47,483 nt of DNA from PVC group bacterium (GCA_043804695.1 JAZDIV010000040.1:1-47483); one strand, 5' to 3'. Counted from the stretch's first letter, positions 8,651 through 18,471 are shown. The notes: a model not told the origin generated them from the sequence alone. Numbers and translations: made by a program.

Positions 8651-9982
8651 ATGACTACCAAGATCGCGGTCATCGGGATGGGTTACGTCGGGATACCGGC
8701 CGCGGCGCTCCTCGCCGACGCGGCGGGGTTCGACGTGACCGGGATCCAGCGGCGTTCCACGCGCTCCGGGTGGAAGATAGACGTCCTGAACTCCGGCCGC
8801 TGCCCGTTTGAAGGGGATGAGCCGGGGCTGGACGAACTGGTCGCCCGGGTCGTCGAAAAAGGAACTTTCCGGGTCACGGATGATTACTCCATCCTCAAGG
8901 ACATGGACATCATCCTGCTCGACGTTCAGACCCCCACCGAGGGGCCCGACCACCAGCCGCTTTATGAGTCGCTGAAAGAAGTCTCCCGCCAGGTGGGAAA
9001 ATACATGAAGAAGGGGGCACTGGTCATCACCGAATCCACGGTGGCCCCGGGCACTACCGAGCACATCGTCAAGCCGATCCTGGAGAAGGAGTCGGGACTG
9101 CGGGCGGGCCGGGACTTTTCCCTCGCCTACTCGTATGAACGGGTGATGCCGGGAAAACTGATCGAGTACATCGTCAACCTGCCGAGGATCGTGGGGGGCA
9201 TCGACAAGGCGAGCGAAGAACGGGCGGTGGCGATGTACCGCCGGATCGTTAAAAAAGAGATCTACTCCACCGATCTTCTGACCGCCGAGACCTCGAAAAC
9301 GATGGAGAACGCCTACCGGGACGTCAACATCGCTTTCGCCAACGAGATGGCGATGATCGCTGAAAAGCTGGGGGTGGACATCTTCGAGATCCGGGAGCTG
9401 ATCAACTCCCGGTCGGAGAGGCACATGCACCTCCCGGGCGCCGGCGTCGGGGGGCATTGCCTCCCCAAGGACACCTGGCTTCTCCGGTACGGCCTGCGCA
9501 AATACTGGGCCCCCACCATGGAGACCGAGTTTGTCTGCCTGGCTCGCAAGATCAACGACCTGATGCCGCTTCACATGGTGGAATTGATCATCGACGCCCT
9601 CCAGAAGAAGAACCGGCAGATCGAGAAAGCCCGGGTCGCCGTCCTGGGGGTGGCCTATCTCGAGGACTCGGACGACACCCGCAACACCCCCGCCTATCGC
9701 CTGATCGACGAACTGGAGTCCCGCGGAGCGAAGGTGATCGCCCACGATCCCCACGTCAGAGAATTTCCCGAAGCGGAGCTCACCCGCGATCTCGACGAAG
9801 CTCTCAAGAACGCGGACTGTGCCGTGATCATGACCAGGCACAAGCCGTACTTCAGCCTCGACCTGAAAAAAGTGAAGTCCCTGATGAAAACGCCCATCCT
9901 GATCGACGGGCGCAATGTCCTCGATCAAGAATCGGCGAAGGCCGCCGGTTTTGTTTGCCGCGGAGTCGGCAAGGGAAGGTAA
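8651..9982 (+). CDS. Nucleotide-sugar (UDP-HexNAc) dehydrogenase, WecC/WbpA-like
   Basis: IGMGYVG Rossmann motif, ESTVAPGTT, ERVMPG, KTMENAYRDVNIAFANE, GVGGHCLPKD. SD AAAGGAG before ATG 8651. Confidence 0.93.
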   Translation: MTTKIAVIGMGYVGIPAAALLADAAGFDVTGIQRRSTRSGWKIDVLNSGRCPFEGDEPGLDELVARVVEKGTFRVTDDYSILKDMDIILLDVQTPTEGPDHQPLYESLKEVSRQVGKYMKKGALVITESTVAPGTTEHIVKPILEKESGLRAGRDFSLAYSYERVMPGKLIEYIVNLPRIVGGIDKASEERAVAMYRRIVKKEIYSTDLLTAETSKTMENAYRDVNIAFANEMAMIAEKLGVDIFEIRELINSRSERHMHLPGAGVGGHCLPKDTWLLRYGLRKYWAPTMETEFVCLARKINDLMPLHMVELIIDALQKKNRQIEKARVAVLGVAYLEDSDDTRNTPAYRLIDELESRGAKVIAHDPHVREFPEAELTRDLDEALKNADCAVIMTRHKPYFSLDLKKVKSLMKTPILIDGRNVLDQESAKAAGFVCRGVGKGR

Positions 9983-9994
9983 TAACAAACCAAC

Positions 9995-10087
9995 GGAATA
10001 ATGGAGTAATGGAATAATGGAGTACTGGGGCTGGAATACCGGCGGCTGGTTCCCATCACTCCAATCCTCCAGCATTCCATCACTCCA
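9995..10087. repeat. Mirrored octamer array GGA(A/G)TA(A/C)T ... ATCACTCC
   Basis: Four octamers followed by four complementary octamers. Same family at 11493-11590. Confidence 0.8.
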
Positions 10088-10108
10088 TGTTTCCTAAAGG
10101 AGAAGGCT

Positions 10109-10540
10109 ATGGGCATGTCGGAAGCTACACTGAGAATCGTGGTCGGCGCCGTGGGAGGCCTGATCGTCATCACCAGGCTTTACGGGGTCATCAATCCGAA
10201 AAAAATAAAGCATATCGGGGGAATGCTGGCCGGACTGGGCAAGGGATGGGTGAGGACCCTCTACATCATTATCGGGCTGGTGGGGATCTGGGTCCTCTAC
10301 TCGGCCCTGGTCATCATCTTCAGCAAGGTGCCCGTTTTCCTGGTCATCAGTTTCCTGTTCGGACTGATGCTCCTCCTCTCCGGATCCTTCATTATCCACC
10401 CGGAGTGGTTCCCGCAGATTCTGAAAGGCCTGGTGATCGATCGCAATGACTTCTTTGTCCGGTTCATCTGCTTTATCGGCCTGCTGGCCGGGGTGTTTGT
10501 CCTGCTGACCGCCATCTTCGGAAAGAACTGGGGCGGGTGA
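10109..10540 (+). CDS. Hypothetical membrane protein, about four TM helices
   Basis: SD AAAGGAG, hydrophobic segments, host-like codon usage. Confidence 0.8.
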   Translation: MGMSEATLRIVVGAVGGLIVITRLYGVINPKKIKHIGGMLAGLGKGWVRTLYIIIGLVGIWVLYSALVIIFSKVPVFLVISFLFGLMLLLSGSFIIHPEWFPQILKGLVIDRNDFFVRFICFIGLLAGVFVLLTAIFGKNWGG

Positions 10541-10564
10541 CGGCTGCCCGGCCGGCTTGATTAA

Positions 10565-11419
10565 ATGGACATCGGACGAAACGATCCTTGTTGGTGCGGC
10601 AGCGGCAAGAAGTACAAGAAATGCCACCTCGCGGATAACGGGGCGGCTTCGCCACCGCCGGAACGGATGTCTGACGGGATCCCCATCAAGACCGAGAAGG
10701 AGATCGCCGGGATCCGGGCCGCCGGGCGCCTGACCGCAGAGATTCTCGACCTGGTCGCCGGAAGGATCCGGGCCGAGATCAAAACCAACGAGATCGACTC
10801 CTGGGTTCATGAATACACCGTCGCCCGCGGGGCGGTGCCCGCCCCTCTCGGCTATCGCGGGTTCCCGAAAAGCGTCTGCACCTCTCTCAATGAAGAGATC
10901 TGCCACGGCATCCCGGGAGTGATCGTTTTGAAGGAAGGCGACATCATCAACGTCGACGTGACCACCATTCTCAACGGCTACTACGGCGATGCCAGCCGGA
11001 TGTTTATGATCGGCCGCGTCAGCAAGCAGGCCCGGAAACTCGTCGGGGTGGCCCGGGAGTGCCTGAACCGGGGCATCCGGATGGTGAAAGCCGGAAACCG
11101 GTTCGGGGATATCGGGTGGGCCATCCAGGAACACGCCGAAGGGAACGGCTTTTCGGTTGTCCGCGACTACACCGGACACGGGATCGGGAGCGAGTTTCAT
11201 GAGGCCCCCAACGTCTGCCATTACGGCAGGAAGGGGACCGGCAAGCTGATTCGGCCCAACATGGTCTTTACCATCGAGCCGATGATAAACGCGGGGACGT
11301 ACAAATGCCGCCTCTTGCCGAACGGCTGGACGGCGGTCACCCGGGACGGTTCTCTCTCCGCCCAGTGGGAGCACACGGTCCGGGCGACGGAGAGCGGCGT
11401 GGAGATTCTCACCGGGTGA
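10565..11419 (+). CDS. map: Type I methionyl aminopeptidase with N-terminal SEC-C motif
   Basis: GRNDPCWCGSGKKYKKCH, CHGIP, DVT, GDASR, GHGIG..FHE, TIEPMIN, AQWEHT. Confidence 0.97.
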   Translation: MDIGRNDPCWCGSGKKYKKCHLADNGAASPPPERMSDGIPIKTEKEIAGIRAAGRLTAEILDLVAGRIRAEIKTNEIDSWVHEYTVARGAVPAPLGYRGFPKSVCTSLNEEICHGIPGVIVLKEGDIINVDVTTILNGYYGDASRMFMIGRVSKQARKLVGVARECLNRGIRMVKAGNRFGDIGWAIQEHAEGNGFSVVRDYTGHGIGSEFHEAPNVCHYGRKGTGKLIRPNMVFTIEPMINAGTYKCRLLPNGWTAVTRDGSLSAQWEHTVRATESGVEILTG

Positions 11420-11492
11420 TGAGGTAATACATATTAATGAGTGTTGGGCATTAACCTGATTACACCTCGAGCAACACGAAGATACAATACCC

Positions 11493-11590
11493 GGAGTACT
11501 GGAGTGATGGAATAATGGAGTGGTGGAATTGGCCGGGGAGACCACGCTCAGAAGCCCGTTACTCCATTACTCCAGTGCTCCAATACTCCA
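11493..11590. repeat. Mirrored octamer array GGAGTACT/GGAGTGAT ... ATTACTCC/AATACTCC
   Basis: Same family as 9995-10087. Confidence 0.8.
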
Positions 11591-11639
11591 AGCATATTAT
11601 CTTCGCATCATTTCTGGTTAAAATGTTGCTTGCAATAGT

Positions 11640-12347
11640 ATGAAAGCAGTGGAAAAACAAAAAGTCCTGGTGGTCGAGGATGAGCCCGCCATCGCCGACA
11701 CCATCACCTATGCCCTGAGCACGGAAGGGTTCAAGCCGCTCCGGGCCGCCACCGGTCTCCGGGGGAAAGAGTTGCTGGGGCGGGAAGACATCTCCCTTGT
11801 CATCCTGGACATCGGACTCCCCGACGGGGACGGGTTTACTCTCTGCCGGGAGATCCGGAAGACATCGGATATACCCGTTATCTTTCTCACCGCCCGTTCC
11901 GAGGAGATCGACCGGGTAGTGGGGCTGGAGATCGGGGGTGACGACTACGTGGTCAAGCCCTTCAGCCCCCGTGAACTCACCGCCCGGGTCAAGGCGATCC
12001 TGCGCCGCCGGAACGCGCCTGCCTCACAGCCGGCCGGAGAACCCGATGCCGGACCGATCCCCTTCCAGGTAGATGAAGAGCGTCTCCGGGTCTCCTACTT
12101 CGGAACCCCGCTCGATCTCTCCCGCTATGAGCTGGGTATTCTCCGGGTTTTGATCCGCCAGCCCGGGCGCGTTTATTCCCGCCGGCGGCTGATGGAACTG
12201 GTCTGGGAGGAGCCGGAGTGCAGCTGGGAGCGGACGGTTGACGCCCATATTAAATCGCTTCGGCGCAAGCTGCGGGAGGTCAGGCCGGACGAGGAAGCGA
12301 TCAGAACCCACCGGGGGCTCGGCTACTCCCTGAAGGAAGACTGGTGA
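11640..12347 (+). CDS. creB: OmpR-family response regulator CreB
   Basis: VEDEPAIADTITYAL, LDIGLPD, RTVDAHIKSLRRKLREV..IRTHRGLGYSL. Overlaps creC at GTGA. Confidence 0.9.
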   Translation: MKAVEKQKVLVVEDEPAIADTITYALSTEGFKPLRAATGLRGKELLGREDISLVILDIGLPDGDGFTLCREIRKTSDIPVIFLTARSEEIDRVVGLEIGGDDYVVKPFSPRELTARVKAILRRRNAPASQPAGEPDAGPIPFQVDEERLRVSYFGTPLDLSRYELGILRVLIRQPGRVYSRRRLMELVWEEPECSWERTVDAHIKSLRRKLREVRPDEEAIRTHRGLGYSLKEDW

Positions 12348-13789
12348 GCATCCGAACCCGGCTCATTCTCACCTTCCTCCTGATCGTCGGGGTGGGGTTC
12401 TATTTCTTCATCGACTGGGTTCTCGACGACCTGAAGATCCGTTACCGGGAGTCGACGGAGGAGCCCCTGGTCGATACGGCCTATCTTCTGGCCTCCCTGC
12501 TCTCCCGGCAGGCGGTTGACGGCACCGTCAGAATCGAGACCTTCCGCTCCGCCTTTGAGAAAGCCCACCGGGAGGCCTTTTCCGTACCCATCCACGATCT
12601 GATCAAGATCGGTGTCGATATGAGGGTCTATGTAACCGATGACCGGGGGATTGTACTCTACGACTCGGACGGAGGAAGGGACGAAGGGAAGGATTACTCT
12701 AACTGGAACGACGTCTATCTCACACTCCGGGGAGAATACGGAGCACGCTCCACCCGCCGCGATCCGGAAAATCCCGCGTCAACCGTCTTTCATGTCGCCG
12801 CCCCGATCCGGGATGAGGAAGGCACGATCATTGGTGTGGTGACCGTCTGCAAACCGCTGGCCAACGTCAACCTCTTCATCCGGATGGCCAGGCGGAACAT
12901 CCTCATCGCCGGGATCGCCGCCGCACTGGCGGTCATCATTCTCGGAATCCTGGTCTCGCTCTTTATCACTCGGCCGATCGGCAAGCTGACCCGCTATGCC
13001 CGCTCGATCCGCGACGGCGGACGGCCGGCGCTTCCCCGGCTGGGTAAAAATGAGATCGGAGAACTGGGGGAGGCCATGGCCGAGATGCGGGAGGCGCTGG
13101 AAGGGAAGAAATATGTCGAACAGTACGTACAGACGTTAGCCCACGAGATCAAGAGCCCTCTTTCCGCCATCCGGGGCGCGGCCGAACTGCTGGAGGAAGA
13201 GATGCCTTCCGACCGGCGGCAGCGCTTCATCGCCAACATCCGGACGGAAGAAGACCGGATCCGGCGAATGATTGAACGGCTGCTGGAACTTGCTTCACTG
13301 GAGAATCGGCAGGGACTGGAAAAGATCGAAAAGTGCGATCCGGGACGGGAGATCGAGGAGGTCATCGAAAGTTTTCAGCCTCTCCTGAAATCCGGCCGGA
13401 TTGAGTTTGTCGACCGGGGCGACACGGCCGTCTCCATTCGCGGCGAGCGGTTCCTCATCCGCCAGGCGATCGCCAACCTGATCCAGAACGCCCTCGACTT
13501 CACTCCACCGGGCGGCACGATCCGGGTAGCACTGCGCCGCGGCAGCGATTCCGTCTCGGTGGTAATTGAAGACCCCGGGCCCGGTATCCCCGATTACGCC
13601 CGGGATAAGATCTTCAATAAATTTTACTCGCTGCCCCGCCCCGGGACCGGCGCCAAGAGCACGGGTCTGGGCTTGAGCTTCGTCAAAGAAGTCGCCGACC
13701 TCCACGGCGGCGCCATCGCCCTGGAAAACCTCCCCGTCGGCGGCGCCCGCGCCATCCTTACCTTTCCTTATTTAACCCCTAACGCTTGA
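12344..13789 (+). CDS. creC: Sensor histidine kinase CreC
   Basis: DYSNWNDVYLTLRGEYGARSTR, LEGKKYVEQYVQTLAHEIKSPL and FYSLPRP...KSTGLGL are CreC signatures. Confidence 0.93.
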   Translation: MSIRTRLILTFLLIVGVGFYFFIDWVLDDLKIRYRESTEEPLVDTAYLLASLLSRQAVDGTVRIETFRSAFEKAHREAFSVPIHDLIKIGVDMRVYVTDDRGIVLYDSDGGRDEGKDYSNWNDVYLTLRGEYGARSTRRDPENPASTVFHVAAPIRDEEGTIIGVVTVCKPLANVNLFIRMARRNILIAGIAAALAVIILGILVSLFITRPIGKLTRYARSIRDGGRPALPRLGKNEIGELGEAMAEMREALEGKKYVEQYVQTLAHEIKSPLSAIRGAAELLEEEMPSDRRQRFIANIRTEEDRIRRMIERLLELASLENRQGLEKIEKCDPGREIEEVIESFQPLLKSGRIEFVDRGDTAVSIRGERFLIRQAIANLIQNALDFTPPGGTIRVALRRGSDSVSVVIEDPGPGIPDYARDKIFNKFYSLPRPGTGAKSTGLGLSFVKEVADLHGGAIALENLPVGGARAILTFPYLTPNA

Positions 13790-13870
13790 CCTGTTTTGTT
13801 AAATAAGGAATCCGCCTGTCTCGCCTGGATAGTTACCGCGCAATTACGGAACAGGTACAGCCCCAGATTT

Positions 13871-13908
13871 TTCACGCATTTTTCACTCTCCTTTCACGCT
13901 CTTTTCAC
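13871..13908 (+). promoter_or_regulatory. CreB binding site (cre-tag): four TTCAC at 11-bp period
   Basis: TTCAC at 13871, 13882, 13893 and 13904 matches TTCAC-N6-TTCAC, directly after creBC. Confidence 0.85.
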
Positions 13909-14021
13909 ACGGCAGTCGTAAGTTCTTCCCGTCATTCAATGAAAAACCCTGCCGCATGGCGGGGAAAGGAGGTCCGTGTGAAAAAGGTGATCATCAACGC
14001 CAACACCATGAGGGAATAATA

Positions 14022-14837
14022 ATGAAGACCGCTATTAAGCCTCTTACACCGGTTGTCTACTCAACTTCGATCCTGCTGGTCATAGGAGCGTTTCTTGTCG
14101 TACTGGGCATATTCAATGGAAGTTTGGAATGGGATATCTTTTCTCCCCGGGTTGAAGCCGTCCTCTGGGGGATATTCTATTCCAGCGTGGCCCTCGGGAG
14201 CTTCGGAGTCGCCCTGAGCGTGGTTCTCGGAATCCATCAGATCGTCACATCGTTCCGGTTCCTTACTAAAGAACGGCACCTGCCGGAGCCTTCCCGGTTC
14301 AGATATATCAGTTTCATGCTCTGGCTCACTGCCATTATGGCCGGGATCGTGGTCATCTGCGCCTTTGTCAATTACCGGGTGCAGATTCATCGAACCGATG
14401 TCTTCACCCGGCTGGCCACAGAGCAGATGGCTCACTTCGGTCCGAAGCTGGCCCGATTGCTCCAGCCGGTATCATCCCCCCCTCAAGACCATGTTCCGCG
14501 GAAGATCTACGACCTGATCCACACCCTCGATAACCTCTCTTTCGTTTCCCGCACGACGCTTTACCTGCCGGACCCCGAGGATGATTCCGCCTTGTGGGGG
14601 TACACGGCCTGGCGGGATTATAAAAAAGAGGACGGATTTGCCCGATTTTTTATTGCCCGGGATTTCGAGAAAGCCATGGAAGAGGCGCTCGACGGGAACC
14701 CGGAACTTTTGCAGGAGTTCAATCGCCGCAGGGAATTCACCCGGTATTTCATCGTCTTCAATGAAAAGGGATCCGCCGTGGCTGTTATCCGGATAGACGG
14801 AAACCCGCGGGAAAATTTCCGGGATTATGCTCTCTGA
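14022..14837 (+). CDS. Hypothetical membrane protein, three N-terminal TM helices plus a soluble domain
   Basis: ATG 14022 with GAGGG SD (ORF is open from 13956). No family recognised. Confidence 0.8.
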   Translation: MKTAIKPLTPVVYSTSILLVIGAFLVVLGIFNGSLEWDIFSPRVEAVLWGIFYSSVALGSFGVALSVVLGIHQIVTSFRFLTKERHLPEPSRFRYISFMLWLTAIMAGIVVICAFVNYRVQIHRTDVFTRLATEQMAHFGPKLARLLQPVSSPPQDHVPRKIYDLIHTLDNLSFVSRTTLYLPDPEDDSALWGYTAWRDYKKEDGFARFFIARDFEKAMEEALDGNPELLQEFNRRREFTRYFIVFNEKGSAVAVIRIDGNPRENFRDYAL

Positions 14838-14887
14838 TTACTGAATTCGTTGAGCATGGAATATCCGTGATTCATAGAAAGCGGCTT

Positions 14888-16372
14888 ATGAATGTAAAAA
14901 TGATCCTTCCGACTCTGACCGAGGCTTTCGGTCCTTACTGGCGATCTATAAAGTATTCTCTATTTCCACCACTCGGTCTGGCAACTCTTGCCAGCTACTT
15001 GGAAGAGAAGGATGAGATAGAGATCCAGGACGAGCATGTTGAGGAACTCCGCCTCGATGATCGCCCCGACCTGGTTGCCATTCAAGTATATGTCACGTCG
15101 GCGTATCGTGCGTACGAGATCGCGGATTATTATCGTTCCCGGGGAGTGCATGTTGCACTGGGGGGACTGCATGTCACCTCTTTGCCCGACGAAGCGGCCC
15201 GGCATGCCGATACCATTTTTCTTGGTCCCGGTGAGGACACCTGGCCTCGATTCCTCCGGGATTTCAGAGCCGGCTCTCCCCGCCGACGGTATACTTCCCG
15301 GAATCGGACTCTGATCGGGCTTCCGAAAATGAGGAGAGAACTGATCAAGCGGTATCTGTACCTTGTCCCAAACTCAATCATTGTATCTCGCGGATGCCCC
15401 TATCATTGTGATTTTTGTTACAAAGACCCCTTCTTTCGAGGAGGGAAGTCATTCTATACCCGGTCAGTGGATGATGTTCTGGAGGAGATCAACCAGCTTC
15501 CCGGTCGTCATCTTTACTTCCTCGACGATAACCTCTTCGCCGACCGGCGATTCGCGTTGGCTCTTTTCGAACGTATGCGGGGGGTGGGGCGATTGTGGCA
15601 GGCAGCCGCTACGGTTCGGTCTGTTTTTGATGACGACCTTCTCCGAAAAGCCGAACAGGCCGGGCTGCGCAGTCTCTTTATCGGTTTTGAGACGTTGGAT
15701 AGAGCAAGCCTTAAAGAGCAGGGCAAGGAGCACAACGCAAATCTAAATTACCAAGAGGCGGTACGACGTATCCATGATGCCGGGATCATGATTAACGGAA
15801 GCTTTATTTTCGGCATGGATAATCACGATGAATCGGTCTTCGGTCGAACGGTGGAGTGGGCAGTGGAAGCGGGCATTGAGACAGCCACCTTCCATATTCT
15901 TACCCCATACCCGGGAACGGCTTTATATGATCGGATGGCAAAACAAGGGCGTCTGCTCCACCGCAACTGGGATCTGTACGATACCCGGCATGTTGTGTAC
16001 CGGCCTGCCGGTATGACTCCCGCCGCTCTGGAAGAGGGTTACTGGCGAGCATATCGACATTTTTATCGGTGGGGTTCCATCATGAAAGGCGCTAACTCTA
16101 ATAAGTCACCGGCGGGATTTATCCGTCATCTTGCTTTGGCAGGGGGATGGAAGAAGTCTGAACCGTTATGGGACTGGATCATCCGTCATAAGCAAATAAG
16201 GCGAATGCGCCCACTGCTGGAGAGTATCCTCTCCGAGTTTGGCCGACACCCCTCCCCCGGACTATCGGATCCAGGACGGCCTTCATCGCGCTCCCGGAGG
16301 AGTTGGGAAAGAAGTACGGCTTCATCGCACAACAGTATACCGCCGGCCAGTTGTAGGGGCTGGACGGGGTGA
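14888..16372 (+). CDS. Cobalamin-binding radical SAM protein
   Basis: PPLGLATLA and GGLHVT B12-binding region, SRGCPYHCDFC, FLDDNLF, IGFE, TPYPGT. Confidence 0.93.
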   Translation: MNVKMILPTLTEAFGPYWRSIKYSLFPPLGLATLASYLEEKDEIEIQDEHVEELRLDDRPDLVAIQVYVTSAYRAYEIADYYRSRGVHVALGGLHVTSLPDEAARHADTIFLGPGEDTWPRFLRDFRAGSPRRRYTSRNRTLIGLPKMRRELIKRYLYLVPNSIIVSRGCPYHCDFCYKDPFFRGGKSFYTRSVDDVLEEINQLPGRHLYFLDDNLFADRRFALALFERMRGVGRLWQAAATVRSVFDDDLLRKAEQAGLRSLFIGFETLDRASLKEQGKEHNANLNYQEAVRRIHDAGIMINGSFIFGMDNHDESVFGRTVEWAVEAGIETATFHILTPYPGTALYDRMAKQGRLLHRNWDLYDTRHVVYRPAGMTPAALEEGYWRAYRHFYRWGSIMKGANSNKSPAGFIRHLALAGGWKKSEPLWDWIIRHKQIRRMRPLLESILSEFGRHPSPGLSDPGRPSSRSRRSWERSTASSHNSIPPASCRGWTG

Positions 16373-16420
16373 AGACGGCCGTGGTCCCCGAGCTCTTTTA
16401 GATATCACTCCTGCTCAGAC

Positions 16421-17665
16421 TTATTGCTGAGGAATCACTTCGGCTTTGTAAAACCATCCTGGGGATCTTCTGCCGTCCCGCTGTGCTGGCAGATTTTTCA
16501 ATCCCAGTTTCCAGACAACTTCACCAGCTGGCGTTACTTCAAGGATCACTGACTCTTCCTCGCCTTTAAGCACTCCGACTAGAAGGGTATTCCCGTTTGG
16601 CAACCTGTCAGCATCCCTGGTAGTTCTTAGGCCAGGGTAACTGAATTTCCAGATGGTTTCTCCTGTAGCCCTGTCTATTTCTACTGCTTGATAAGGGGCA
16701 TCATTCTGAATAGCAATAAGCATGTTGTCATTGGGAAGGATTTCAGGTTCGTGGGGATCAACATTTTTGCCAAAGGAACTCCAGTCATACGACCAGACCA
16801 GTTCTCCCTGAGGATCTACTTCAACTGTGAGATAAAAATTCCTCATACAAATTACCGTATTACCATTTTTCAACCGGGTAACAGCATTGGTATGAGTCCA
16901 GCCGCCTTTATCAATAACCTGATAGGGGTCTTTGTTAAAATCTTTCTTTGCCTTCCACAACCAGACAATTTTCCCTGTCGGATCCACTTCCTTTACCTGA
17001 GCATCATCTTTTTTGTCACCGCCTCCCCAGACAAAAATAGTATTGCCATTTTTCAAACGATCAGCATCGTGTGATATTTCATTATCCAGATATTTCCAGA
17101 CAATTTCGCCATTACGGTTAATTTCATATACCCCCTTACGGGGAAATACAACTAATATATTATTATTAGCCAGCAATTCAACATCAAGTCCAGGATTAGT
17201 ATATTTCTTCAGAGAATCGGGCAGCTGATATTCCCAGACGACCTTACCATCTAGATCCACCTCTACTATTCTGGGATTTTCCGGGTGTGTAATCGCGAAT
17301 AACCTTGTGCCATTACATACCTTATCCTTCTGACAGATATACACAACTAACTCTCCCGGGCCTTGTTGTGCCTGCCGTTGTCCCCCTGCCTCAGATACAA
17401 TACGTTGTTGCCCTCTCTGCCTGGCCTCTTCTGACTCCTCCCTGGTGATAAATCCATCACCATTTTTATCACGTTTTGTGAATTCATGTGCCGGACCACG
17501 GAATTCTTCAGGTGACAGTCTTTCATCACAGTTTCGGTCATCACGATCAAAGGGGGATTTACCCCCAATACGTTGAATCTGAGCCATAACCGCTAAAGAA
17601 CAAAAAGTAAAAATCATCACTAGAAAAATTATGATAACAATGTATTTTTTACTCGTTCTATTCAT
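16421..17665 (-). CDS. Secreted aryl-sulfate sulfotransferase-like beta-propeller protein with N-terminal EF-hand pair
   Basis: Start MNRTSKK with SD AAGGGAG, signal peptide, DRNCDERLSPEEF and DKNGDGFITREE, SHDADRLKNGNT, WTHTNAV, PHEPE. Confidence 0.75.
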   Translation of the reverse strand: MNRTSKKYIVIIIFLVMIFTFCSLAVMAQIQRIGGKSPFDRDDRNCDERLSPEEFRGPAHEFTKRDKNGDGFITREESEEARQRGQQRIVSEAGGQRQAQQGPGELVVYICQKDKVCNGTRLFAITHPENPRIVEVDLDGKVVWEYQLPDSLKKYTNPGLDVELLANNNILVVFPRKGVYEINRNGEIVWKYLDNEISHDADRLKNGNTIFVWGGGDKKDDAQVKEVDPTGKIVWLWKAKKDFNKDPYQVIDKGGWTHTNAVTRLKNGNTVICMRNFYLTVEVDPQGELVWSYDWSSFGKNVDPHEPEILPNDNMLIAIQNDAPYQAVEIDRATGETIWKFSYPGLRTTRDADRLPNGNTLLVGVLKGEEESVILEVTPAGEVVWKLGLKNLPAQRDGRRSPGWFYKAEVIPQQ

Positions 17666-17987
17666 TCTATCACTCCCTTTTAAATTGATAAGAAATTGCT
17701 TTTCGCGCTTTCCTGGCGACCACCCCTCTTCCAAGATGAAGAGCCGGTTTCATGCTTTGAATTTTGGATGAAGAGCATGGAAAAATCAAGCGCGAAGTAT
17801 GACCGGCCATGTTGCGGGCCTATTGATCACCCCGCGTTGTTGCAGGGAGGCGTCTGCGGCGGAAAAGTGACGGCAGGCAAACGTGCGGGGAACGGGCCGG
17901 AGTTTCCAACGGCTGAAGCCATAAATACCGGTTCCGGGTTAAGATTACCATTTTGAGTTTCCCCATTTCCGGTGCTACCATGGCGAA

Positions 17988-18413
17988 ATGATACGGATAA
18001 CCCGGGACATCGCCCTGGAAGAAAAAGAGCTCAGGGAGGAGTTTATTCGCGCCCCGGGACCCGGGGGCCAGAACGTGAACAAGGTGGCCACCGCGGTCCG
18101 GCTCCGCTTCGATCTTAAAAACTCCCCTTCCCTTCCCGGGCCGGTCCGGGAACGGGCGGCCAGTCTGGCCGGGAGCCGGGTCAGCGGGGAGGGGATTCTG
18201 GTCATCGAGGCCCGGCGAGACCGGACCCAGGCATCAAACCGCCGGGACGCGCGGGAACGGCTGATTGACCTGCTCCGGCGGGCGGCGCGCCCACCGCGAC
18301 CGCGCCGGAAGACCAGCCCGACCCGGGCGTCCCGAGAACGGCGCCTGGAAGCGAAACGCCGGCAGAGCAGGGTGAAAAAGGTGCGGAAGCCGGTCCTGCC
18401 GGACGATGATTAA
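17988..18413 (+). CDS. arfB: Alternative ribosome-rescue peptidyl-tRNA hydrolase ArfB
   Basis: GPGGQNVNKVATAV, RTQASNR, basic C-terminal tail. Confidence 0.95.
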   Translation: MIRITRDIALEEKELREEFIRAPGPGGQNVNKVATAVRLRFDLKNSPSLPGPVRERAASLAGSRVSGEGILVIEARRDRTQASNRRDARERLIDLLRRAARPPRPRRKTSPTRASRERRLEAKRRQSRVKKVRKPVLPDDD

Positions 18414-18471
18414 AAAGAACAAACTTCGAACATCGAACATCCAACTACACAGTAATCAGAAGGCAGCCGTT

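Noticed and set aside
10565..10630. SEC-C motif fused to methionine aminopeptidase
   Set aside because: A known, widespread architecture.
8636..11545. Long antisense ORFs (8636-10075, 10094-11545; likewise 6088-7335, 29087-30598, 33224-34234, 35163-36338, 43918-45213)
   Set aside because: Shadow ORFs opposite well-supported genes, expected in high-GC coding DNA, with no protein motifs.
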